Of a stretch of DNA of 32,000 bases, positions 1-7,757 are shown one piece after another. The first letter of the stretch is position 1. The number at the start of each line of letters is the position of its first letter. The translations under genes and the position numbers were made by a program. Origin of the DNA: Dickeya solani IPO 2222 (GTDB lineage: Bacteria; Pseudomonadota; Gammaproteobacteria; Enterobacterales; Enterobacteriaceae); the NCBI RefSeq assembly GCF_001644705.1, contig NZ_CP015137.1:3990001-4022000 (forward strand). Reading direction: 5' to 3'. Under the pieces are notes generated by a model. The model had not been told where the DNA came from. It worked only from the letters and a program-made list of their open reading frames with translations, and did not search any database.

Positions 1-1445
1 TCTTGCGGCGTCACCGCGGGATGGATCACGCCGGCGCCCGGGCGGAAGCGGCGCGGTTGCTGGAAAGGGTACGCATTCCCGCCGCCCGCTCCCGGCTGGA
101 CGAGTATCCGCTCAGCTTTTCCGGCGGCATGCGCCAGCGGGTGGTGATTGCCATCGCGCTGGCCTGTAATCCCCGTTTGTTGATTGTCGATGAGCCCACC
201 ACGGCGCTGGATGTGACTATTCAGGCGCAAATTCTGGCGCTGATCAAAACGCTGCAGGACGAGGAAGGTATGTCGATTCTGTTCATCACCCACGATATGG
301 GGGTGGTGGCGGAAGTGGCCGACCGCACTATGGTGATGTACCGCGGCGCCGGGGTAGAAATGGCGGACACCCGCCAGCTGTTTCGCGCACCGCAACATCC
401 GTACAGCAAAACGCTGTTTTCCGCCGTGCCGCGGCTGGGCGAAATGGCTGATAGCCCTCTGCCGCGGCGGTTCGCGCTATTCGGGCAGTCAGCGGCGGCG
501 AGCGAACCGCTGGCGGACACGGTGACGCCGGGAGAGCCGGTGCTGGCGGTGCGCGATCTGATCAAGCGCTTTGACGTGAAAAGCGGCTGGCTGCGGCGGG
601 TGACCGGCCGGGTGCATGCGGTGGAAAGCGTCTCTTTCAGTCTGCAACCAGGGGAAACCTTATCGCTGGTGGGCGAGTCCGGCTGCGGCAAGTCCACCAC
701 CGGGCGCGCCATTCTGCGGCTGCTGGAGCCGAACGGCGGCGCGGTGTCGTTATGCGGCGAGAACATGCTGGCGGCCGGCTCGTCGGCGTTGGCCGGCTTG
801 CGGATGCGGGCGCAGATGATTTTTCAGGACCCGTACGATAGCCTCAACCCACGGCTGACCGTGGGCAGCGCGATTGCCGAACCGATGATCAGCCACGGTC
901 TGGCGTCAGCGCGACAGGCACCGCAAAAAGTGGCGGAACTGCTGGAGAAAGTCGGATTGCAGGCCGACATGGCCGCGCGCTATCCGCACCAGTTTTCCGG
1001 CGGGCAGCGTCAGCGTTTATGCATCGCGCGGGCGCTGGCGCTGAATCCGCAGGTGATTATCGCCGACGAAGCGGTGTCCGCGCTGGACATGACCGTCAAG
1101 GCGCAAATCGTTAACCTGCTGCTCGACTTGCAACAGCAACTGGGGCTGGCCTATCTGTTCATTTCTCACGACATGGCGGTAGTCGAGCGCATCAGCCATC
1201 GGGTGGCGGTGATGTATCAGGGCGAAATTGTGGAAATCGGCCCGCGTCAGGCGGTATTCAACGATCCGCAGCACCCGTATACCCGCCGCCTGCTGGCCGC
1301 CGTGCCGGTACCCGACCCGGAAAAGCGCGTGCGCCGGTCGACGCAGGCCGATGAGCTGCACAGCCCGCTGCGCCCGGCGGACTATCAGCCGCCGACGCGT
1401 CGTTATCAGCAGGTCGGCGACGGCCATCTGGTACTATTGCCCTGA
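1..1445 (+). CDS. ABC transporter ATP-binding protein, fused double-ATPase of the peptide/opine/nickel (GsiA/YejF-like) family; 5' end cut by the window edge
   Basis: ORF 3..1445. The first domain is visible from signature FSGGMRQR and Walker [13 protein letters not shown]. The second domain is complete, with Walker [10 protein letters not shown], signature FSGGQRQR and Walker [23 protein letters not shown] tails are typical of oligopeptide-type ATPases. The TTG at position 3 is an ORF-caller artefact; the frame is open to the edge. Confidence 0.9.
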   Translation, partial: LRRHRGMDHAGARAEAARLLERVRIPAARSRLDEYPLSFSGGMRQRVVIAIALACNPRLLIVDEPTTALDVTIQAQILALIKTLQDEEGMSILFITHDMGVVAEVADRTMVMYRGAGVEMADTRQLFRAPQHPYSKTLFSAVPRLGEMADSPLPRRFALFGQSAAASEPLADTVTPGEPVLAVRDLIKRFDVKSGWLRRVTGRVHAVESVSFSLQPGETLSLVGESGCGKSTTGRAILRLLEPNGGAVSLCGENMLAAGSSALAGLRMRAQMIFQDPYDSLNPRLTVGSAIAEPMISHGLASARQAPQKVAELLEKVGLQADMAARYPHQFSGGQRQRLCIARALALNPQVIIADEAVSALDMTVKAQIVNLLLDLQQQLGLAYLFISHDMAVVERISHRVAVMYQGEIVEIGPRQAVFNDPQHPYTRRLLAAVPVPDPEKRVRRSTQADELHSPLRPADYQPPTRRYQQVGDGHLVLLP

Positions 1446-1477
1446 GCGATGGCGCAGCGTGTGGCATCTCCGCCAGG

Positions 1478-2455
1478 ATGAAGAGTAGCGCCACCAGCAT
1501 GAAGAGTCCTATCATCATGAATCGCAGACGTTTTCTGACCGCTATCACCCTTTCCGCCGTCGCCCTGAAAACCGGGGGCGCGTTCAGTGCGCCGTTGTCG
1601 GCGTCGCGTCCTCGTATCCCACTGTGGGATAGATTGCCGCCGGGTGGCGGCGGACCATCCGGCGCGCAGCGGTTGAGCGCCAGAGGCGCGCTCAGTCAGA
1701 TCGCCGTTCCTTATCTTGAGGTGTTTTCGCCGGAAAAACCCAATGGTCAGGCCATACTGGTGGCGGCCGGCGGCGGCTATCAGCGCATCGAAATGGGGAA
1801 GGAAGCCTGGCCGGCGGCAGCCTGGCTGGCGGCGCAGGGGTATACCGCCTATGTGTTGGCGTACCGCCTGCCTGGCGAGGGCTGGCATGACGGCAGCCGG
1901 GTGGCGTTGCAGGATGCCCAGCGTGCATTGCGCCTGATTCGCCGCCGCGAGCAACGGGTCGGCGTGCTTGGGTTTTCAGCGGGCGGGCATCTGTTGGGCA
2001 TGGCGGCGCTCAGACACGATGCTGTCTATGCGCCGCAGGATGCGCGGGATACCCTGCCGATTCAGGTTGACCATGCCGCGCTGATCTATCCGGTGATTAC
2101 GCTGGAAAAACCCTACCAGCATACCGCCACCCACCGGGTATTGGTGGGACGAGATGCCACGCCGGCGGCGGAAGCCGAGTGGTCGGTGCAATCGTACCTG
2201 TCGCGGCGTTCGCCGCCGTTTTTTCTGGTGCAGGCGGAGGATGACCCCGTGTCCGACCCGCACAATACCCTGATCATGGCGCAGGCCTGCCAGCGTGCGC
2301 AGGTGCCGGTGGAGATGCAGCGTTATCCGGTCGGCGGGCACGGTTTTGGGCTGGGTGAACCGGGCACGCCGGCTGCGGCCTGGCCGGCGGCCTATCTGGC
2401 CTGGCTGCGCCGTCAGAATTCAACCGTCGTTGCTGAAACGGAGCATGCAACATGA
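1478..2455 (+). CDS. Secreted alpha/beta hydrolase (esterase/lipase-type) with a twin-arginine signal peptide
   Basis: MNRRRFLTAITLSAVALKTGGAFSAP is a Tat-type leader. GFSAGGH is a GxSxG nucleophile elbow, and a C-terminal GGHGF motif is present. The start is ambiguous: 1478, 1499 or 1517 (MNRRRFL). Confidence 0.75.
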   Translation: MKSSATSMKSPIIMNRRRFLTAITLSAVALKTGGAFSAPLSASRPRIPLWDRLPPGGGGPSGAQRLSARGALSQIAVPYLEVFSPEKPNGQAILVAAGGGYQRIEMGKEAWPAAAWLAAQGYTAYVLAYRLPGEGWHDGSRVALQDAQRALRLIRRREQRVGVLGFSAGGHLLGMAALRHDAVYAPQDARDTLPIQVDHAALIYPVITLEKPYQHTATHRVLVGRDATPAAEAEWSVQSYLSRRSPPFFLVQAEDDPVSDPHNTLIMAQACQRAQVPVEMQRYPVGGHGFGLGEPGTPAAAWPAAYLAWLRRQNSTVVAETEHAT

Positions 2456-2483
2456 GAATGATGTTGCGCGTTATCTGAGTGGG

Positions 2484-3452
2484 TCAACCAGCCAGTAACT
2501 GGCCGTAGCGGGCAAGGTCGACATTACCGCCGCTGACGATAACACCGACGCGTTTCCCCCGCAGTTCGTTCTGGCTGGCGCGGGCCGCGGCGAAACCGAG
2601 GCAACCGGTCGGTTCCACCACCATTTTCATCCGCTCGGCGAAAAAACGCATCGCCGCGACCAGTTCATCATCACTGACGGTCAGAATGTCATCCACGTGG
2701 GCACGGATCAGCGCGAAGGTGTACTGGCCCAGATGCTGCGTCTGGGCGCCGTCGGCGAGGGTGTTGGGCGTATCGATATGCACGATGCGGCCGGAACGAA
2801 AGGACTGCTGACCGTCGTTGCCGGCCTCGGGTTCGACGCCGTACACCCGGCAGCCGGGCGACAGCCGCCGTGCCGACAGCGCCGAACCGGACAGCAACCC
2901 GCCGCCGCCCAGACAAACAAACAGCGCATCCAGCTCGCCCACTTCCTCGAACAGCTCTTTGGCCGCGGTTCCCTGACCGGCGATGACCTGCGGATGGTCG
3001 TAGGGCGGAATCAGCGTCATGCCGTGTTGCTGCGCCAGTTCGCGGCCGATGGCTTCGCGGTCTTGGGTGTAACGATCGTAAGTCACCACCTGCGCGCCGT
3101 ACCCTTTGGTGGCGGCGATCTTGGCCGCGGGGGCGTCCTGCGGCATGACGATGGTGGCGGGCATCCCCAGCAGTTTTGCCGACAGGGCGATCGCCTGCGC
3201 ATGGTTACCGGAGGAGAAGGCCACCACGCCGGCTGCCTTCTGCGCCGCGGTGAATTGCAACAGCGCGTTCATCGCGCCGCGGAATTTAAACGCGCCCATG
3301 CGCTGGAAGTTTTCGCATTTGAAGTAAAGCTCCGCGCCGAACGCGTCGTTGACGGTACGGGAGGTGAGAACCGGCGTGCGGTGGGCATAACCGGCAATCC
3401 GCTCGCTGGCGGCGGCGACGTCGTCATAGGAAGGCAGAACAATTGGGCTCAT
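2484..3452 (-). CDS. PLP-dependent threonine/serine dehydratase family enzyme (serine racemase / threo-3-hydroxyaspartate ammonia-lyase-like)
   Basis: 322 aa. It has the FKFRGA PLP-lysine motif, SSGNHAQA and a GGGGL glycine loop. A strong AAGGAG Shine-Dalgarno lies upstream of the ATG at 3452. Confidence 0.85.
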   Translation of the reverse strand: MSPIVLPSYDDVAAASERIAGYAHRTPVLTSRTVNDAFGAELYFKCENFQRMGAFKFRGAMNALLQFTAAQKAAGVVAFSSGNHAQAIALSAKLLGMPATIVMPQDAPAAKIAATKGYGAQVVTYDRYTQDREAIGRELAQQHGMTLIPPYDHPQVIAGQGTAAKELFEEVGELDALFVCLGGGGLLSGSALSARRLSPGCRVYGVEPEAGNDGQQSFRSGRIVHIDTPNTLADGAQTQHLGQYTFALIRAHVDDILTVSDDELVAAMRFFAERMKMVVEPTGCLGFAAARASQNELRGKRVGVIVSGGNVDLARYGQLLAG

Positions 3453-3649
3453 GGCGGCTCCTTTATATAAACGATTTATCCAGTTTTAAACAAAGTGTCT
3501 TGTTTTTTATAACCTGTCTTCCGGGCGTTGCCAACCGTTTTTAGCCGGCTGACGGCGTTTACCGACTGGATGAGGAGCCGGCTGAATTTGACATAATGTC
3601 TATTTGTAAATATTTTATCCAAAAATGAGTAGCTGGAAGGATAAACGGG

Positions 3650-4270
3650 ATGACGCCTCTGCCCGATTCGATATTGTTTGAACAACTGAGTACCCTCGCG
3701 GAAGGGCTGGGTGAGACCTTTGCGCCGTTTTGCGAAGTGGTGATCCACGACCTGAAAAACCCGGAACACGCCATTCTGGCGATCTACAACAACCTTTCCG
3801 GACGGGAAGTGGGGCAACCGGCGACCGAACTGGGGCTGGCGCGTATCGCATCGCCGGAATTTCCCCGCATCGTCGCCAATTACGCTAACCAGTTCGCCGA
3901 TGGCCGACCGGTGAAAAGCACCTCGATCGGCATCAAGGACGCCAGCGGCGAGTATGTCGCGTCTCTGTGTCTCAATGTCGATATGACGCTGTTTCGCGGT
4001 ATCCAGCACGCCTTCGCCCGGTTTAATCAGGTCAGTACCGGCGCGCTTAACGAAAGCCTGGAGCCGTCAGGTTCTGAAGCGATTCGTCAGCGTATCGATC
4101 AGTTTGCGGCGCGGCTGGCGACCACACCGCGTGCGCTCAAAGCGCCGGAACGGCGCCAGCTGATTCAGGAGCTGCGGGAAAACGGCTTGCTCGACGTGAA
4201 AAAATCGATGGAAACCGTCGCCCAGCATCTGGGGATTTCTCGCGCCTCGGTTTACAGCTACGCCAGATAG
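3650..4270 (+). CDS. YheO-like (PAS-like sensor plus C-terminal HTH) transcriptional regulator
   Basis: 206 aa. The N-terminus (LGETFAPFCEVVIHDL..PEHAILAIYNNLSGREVG) has the YheO/DauR-type pattern. The C-terminal segment VAQHLGISRASVYSY is an HTH. The gene is divergent from the dehydratase. SD is GGAAGGA. Confidence 0.75.
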   Translation: MTPLPDSILFEQLSTLAEGLGETFAPFCEVVIHDLKNPEHAILAIYNNLSGREVGQPATELGLARIASPEFPRIVANYANQFADGRPVKSTSIGIKDASGEYVASLCLNVDMTLFRGIQHAFARFNQVSTGALNESLEPSGSEAIRQRIDQFAARLATTPRALKAPERRQLIQELRENGLLDVKKSMETVAQHLGISRASVYSYAR

Positions 4271-4309
4271 CTCCTATTACCGATAACCCTTATTCCGATA
4301 ACCCCTATT

Positions 4310-4328
4310 GGGCCGCATAGCGCGGCCC
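4310..4328. terminator. GC-rich hairpin between the convergent yheO-like and MFS genes
   Basis: GGGCCGC-ATAGC-GCGGCCC forms a perfect 7-bp stem. There is no clear U-tract on either strand. Confidence 0.35.
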
Positions 4329-4355
4329 ATCCGTCGTGTTCAGCCCGATGCAGGG

Positions 4356-5582
4356 TTAAGACCGAAAGCGGTTATCGCGCGCCGCGTTTCCTTTACAGAC
4401 TCGGCTGACCGCGAGCGCGATAACGAAAAAGAGCCCGCTGATCATAATAAAAAGCCCCCAGAACCACGGAACGATGTCATGAGAATGGAAATAGTCGAAC
4501 AGAATGCCGTTCAGGGTATAGCCGAGGCCGACGCCAGTCATCGAAAATAACCCCAGTATCCCCATGATGGTGCCGTTGGCGTTTGCTGGTGAATTGGCTA
4601 TTGCCTGCGCATCTATCATTACCGTGAAAAATACCTCGGCAATACTGAAGAAAAATATGCCGATGGCGTAAAAGACCAATTGTAACGGGAAGTCTATTAA
4701 TGACGAAATAGCAATCAGAACAAAAGCGACGGAAAAAACCAGAAAACCATAGGACAGCTCGATAGCGGCTGTTTTTACTCTCCTGATAATAAACAGGTTT
4801 GATAAAACCACGGTGATCGCATTAATGGTAAAGGTCATTCCGGATGCCAGTAATGAAATATTCAGAGAGGAATAAAGCGGAAATACCAGTTCGAGAAAGG
4901 TATAGAAATAAAAGAAGCATAATTGCATCAAAAATAACGGTCGTATATTGGCCTGCCGAAGCATTAATAGCCATTGCCAGGGCGATGCGCGTTCGCGATC
5001 GGCGTTATAACCGTGGAAATTGGGTAGCGTAATCAGGTAGATTACTGCGACGACCACCAGACAGGCGGCGTTGGCGTAACACAGAAAGGCGAAATCGTAA
5101 CCGATCATCAGGTAGCCAAATAGCGGACCGAATGCCACCCCCATATTGATCGCCAGGCCGATAGACGCAAAGGCTTTCATGTCGCTGTCGATAAGCTCAA
5201 GCATGGCTTTCTTGCTGGCTATGATGCCGCACGCCAGCCCGACGCCGTTGATCAGCGCGGACGCGACCAGCCCGGTAAAAGTATGGGCTCCCGCCAGCAG
5301 GATTAACCCGACGATACGCAAGGTAATGCCCAGCAGCGCTACCTTTTTGGCGCCGATGTTGTCAGCCATCATGCCGGCGGGCAGGGTGAGCCCTTTTTCA
5401 AGGGTGGCGCGTAGCATCAATAATAGCGAGACCTGAAATACGCTCATTCCCAGTGTCTGGTATAAATACACAACGTAATAAGGGATAATAAAAAATGACG
5501 ATAATACGGATAAAAATGTCCCTGACAGCAAAAACCAGGATTTATTATGCAGCAATACATTTTTTGTGAATAAAAACTTCAT
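4356..5582 (-). CDS. MFS transporter, 12-TM type, substrate unknown
   Basis: 408 aa and highly hydrophobic, with repeated TM-like segments and an MFS-like loop motif (GMMADNIGAKK). It is markedly AT-richer than its flanks. Confidence 0.85.
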   Translation of the reverse strand: MKFLFTKNVLLHNKSWFLLSGTFLSVLSSFFIIPYYVVYLYQTLGMSVFQVSLLLMLRATLEKGLTLPAGMMADNIGAKKVALLGITLRIVGLILLAGAHTFTGLVASALINGVGLACGIIASKKAMLELIDSDMKAFASIGLAINMGVAFGPLFGYLMIGYDFAFLCYANAACLVVVAVIYLITLPNFHGYNADRERASPWQWLLMLRQANIRPLFLMQLCFFYFYTFLELVFPLYSSLNISLLASGMTFTINAITVVLSNLFIIRRVKTAAIELSYGFLVFSVAFVLIAISSLIDFPLQLVFYAIGIFFFSIAEVFFTVMIDAQAIANSPANANGTIMGILGLFSMTGVGLGYTLNGILFDYFHSHDIVPWFWGLFIMISGLFFVIALAVSRVCKGNAARDNRFRS

Positions 5583-5585
5583 TAT

Positions 5586-5699
5586 GAATAACCCTGTGAT
5601 TTTCCAACCTGTGGATTTCTTCCCAACCTGTGGAGTCGTTTCTAATCTATGGAATGACTTCCAATTTATGGTGTTATTTCCACTCTATGGTGCTAAACG
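5586..5699. repeat. Tandem array of five clear 19-bp direct repeats plus one degenerate copy, directly upstream of the MFS start codon
   Basis: On the + strand the cores CAACCTGTGG, CAACCTGTGG, TAATCTATGG, CAATTTATGG and CACTCTATGG begin at 5605, 5624, 5643, 5662 and 5681, an exact 19-nt phase. A degenerate copy AACCCTGTGA lies at 5590-5599, next to the ATG (complement of 5580-5582). Confidence 0.85.
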
Positions 5700-6358
5700 G
5701 CTGCGGTAATAACATAGATGGAGAATGTGGGGCATGAGCGTAAACGACGGATAATTTCGCGCTCTGAGATTTCTCTTATTCATTTGGGCTTTTTGTTAAA
5801 TCCTGTCCTCTGGTGTTTTTAAGTGTGACCTTATTTATAAAGTTAATAACAGCGGAGGCGCGGATGCCGCCGCGAAGTCTTTTTTCCGATAACCGTGGCG
5901 ATGAATTATCGCATTTGCCGACGACCTGACCGGCGGCACATGAGGTTGATTTTTAACCACTTTCGGCGTGGCACTTTATCATGTGACGCTCTGACGGCTC
6001 GCGTATCGGGCGAGCGGTTTGACGGCGAACCGGAAGCCCCTCGGCGTTAAACCGCGCAGGTAACATGGAAATGACGCGCGTTTCAATCATGGCCAATCAC
6101 GGGTCACCGGATGCTGATCAATTGTTATGGGGAAATGGTGGATAAATGACCGGTGGTCTATGCTTTTCAAAACAGGAAGATGCGACGGATGACGTGAGAC
6201 ACATATTTTTCTTTTTGATGGTGTATAAGAAGTAAGAGCTATTTGAAGCGCGCCGGCGATCGCGTAGAGTGAGGTAGCAGGGTATCGCCCTGATTTGCCT
6301 GCATTACTGATGTTGCCTTGTAACCATACAACTAATAATTATTTGCATTGAGGACAGA

Positions 6359-7336
6359 ATGGATAAATTTCAAAGAGAGATTGAGGAGAGAACCAATCTT
6401 ACCTCATCCAACAAGTTTGAATTGTTATTGTTCCGTTTAGGATCGGCTACCGGTGAAGGGCCGTCCGAGCTGTTCGGCATCAATGTGTTCAAGCTTCGTG
6501 AAATCGTTCCGATGCCAACCTTGACCAAGGCTGCGGGTATGACACCGCCGATGCTTGGCATGATTAATATTCGCGGGCAGATTATTCCCGTTATCGATCT
6601 TCCGGCGGTGGTGGGGTGTGCTGCGAGTACCGGTCGCAACATCCTGCTGGTGACGGAATATGCACGCAGCACCCAGGCTTTTGCGGTCGAATCCGTCGAC
6701 GACATTGTTCGCCTGGACTGGAGTCAGGTAAACACGGCCGAAGCGGGCGTCAGCAATACCTATATCACCAGTATTGCGCGTCTGGACAGCGATCCGTCGA
6801 GCAACCGTCTGGCGCTGGTGTTGGATGTCGAACAGATCCTGCACGACATTATTCCGACCGAGCGTGAGATTAAGATTGAAAGCGTCGAAGAGAAAACCTT
6901 CCACCTGAAGCCCGGCGCGGTGGCGATTGTGGCCGAAGACTCCAAAGTCGCGCGAACGATGCTGGAAACGGGGCTGAAGGTGATGAATATTCCGTACATC
7001 ATGCATATCACCGGAATGGAAGCCTGGAACAAGATCAAGCTGATGGCGCAGGAAGCGAAGGCGGAAGGCCGGCCGATTTCGGACAAGATTGCCTTTGTGC
7101 TGACCGACCTGGAAATGCCGGAGATGGATGGATTTACGCTGACGCGCAATATCAAGCGTGATGAAGTGCTTAAGAACATTCCGGTGATTATTCACTCTTC
7201 ACTGTCCGGCACCGCTAACGAAGACCACGTACGTAATGTGGGCGCGGATTCGTATGTGGCGAAATTTGAAATCAATGAACTGGCCGCCGCGATTCACAGC
7301 GTGGTGGATCGCGTGAAACCGGCATCAGCCAAATAA
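6359..7336 (+). CDS. cheV: Chemotaxis coupling protein CheV (CheW-like domain plus receiver domain)
   Basis: 325 aa. The N-terminal CheW-like region is SNKFELLLFRLG...FGINVFKLREIVPMP...INIRGQIIPVIDL. The C-terminal REC domain has LTDLEMPEMDG. SD is GAGGA. Confidence 0.95.
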   Translation: MDKFQREIEERTNLTSSNKFELLLFRLGSATGEGPSELFGINVFKLREIVPMPTLTKAAGMTPPMLGMINIRGQIIPVIDLPAVVGCAASTGRNILLVTEYARSTQAFAVESVDDIVRLDWSQVNTAEAGVSNTYITSIARLDSDPSSNRLALVLDVEQILHDIIPTEREIKIESVEEKTFHLKPGAVAIVAEDSKVARTMLETGLKVMNIPYIMHITGMEAWNKIKLMAQEAKAEGRPISDKIAFVLTDLEMPEMDGFTLTRNIKRDEVLKNIPVIIHSSLSGTANEDHVRNVGADSYVAKFEINELAAAIHSVVDRVKPASAK

Positions 7337-7757
7337 TTTAAGCACGCCTGCTCGGCCCTGGACTGCTTATCCGGAACGGGGCCGATATTCTCACTGCGTA
7401 TCAGGCGGTGTGAACTCCTGTTGATATTCTCCGTTAGCGTCTGCACGCTGTTCCCTGCTCATCCTCGATGACGTTTTTCTGCTCTGGCTACCGTCTTTGC
7501 CACCACCGCGTTTTTCGCCGTCAACAATACGGCTGCGTTAAAAGCGCAGGTTCGATCACAATTTGCGCTACATGGGGTGGTGGTGGAAAACCGCAGCCCG
7601 CGTGCGCTGGCGCGGTAATCACCTCGGGCGTGCCACTGATCTTTACTCTAAAGCTAATGATTGCGATACCGGCTTTATTGAAGCGCTCTCGGCCGGGGAA
7701 CATACTTTAACCAGACTAAGGCAAATCAAAATGATGAGCTGAATCAGGAGGTTAATT

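Noticed and set aside
3-5. TTG start assigned by the ORF track to the first ORF.
   Set aside because: The protein begins mid-way through an ABC ATPase domain, so the gene clearly continues upstream of the window.
5586-5699. Possibility that the 19-bp repeats form a CRISPR array.
   Set aside because: The units are directly abutting with no unique spacers, are too short and are degenerate. No cas genes are present in the window.
5718-5822. A 34-codon ORF (MENVGHERKRRIISRSEISLIHLGFLLNPVLWCF) in the AT-rich spacer.
   Set aside because: It has no Shine-Dalgarno, and in AT-rich DNA such frames arise by chance. There is no supporting evidence.
5852-5886. Terminator-like GC hairpin plus T6 on the + strand, hinting at an orphan small RNA upstream of cheV.
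   Set aside because: The best stem is only about 6 bp with a bulge and a 3-nt loop. The T-run starts 7 nt after the stem. No convincing promoter was found upstream.
6233-6260. Sigma28 (FliA) promoter candidate for cheV, TAAG-N15-GCCGGCGA.
   Set aside because: Only about 5 of 8 positions match the -10 GCCGATAA and the -35 is imperfect. The match is too weak to call, although a class-3 flagellar promoter is expected somewhere upstream of cheV.
7549-7560. GGTTCGATCACA resembles a tRNA T-loop.
   Set aside because: There is no complementary T-stem, acceptor stem or anticodon arm around it.
7472-7618. A 48-codon open frame ending in ...HGVVVENRSPRALAR, considered as a possible gene remnant or small protein.
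   Set aside because: It has no start codon, no SD and no family I recognise. It is kept only as a note inside the mdcA-upstream finding.
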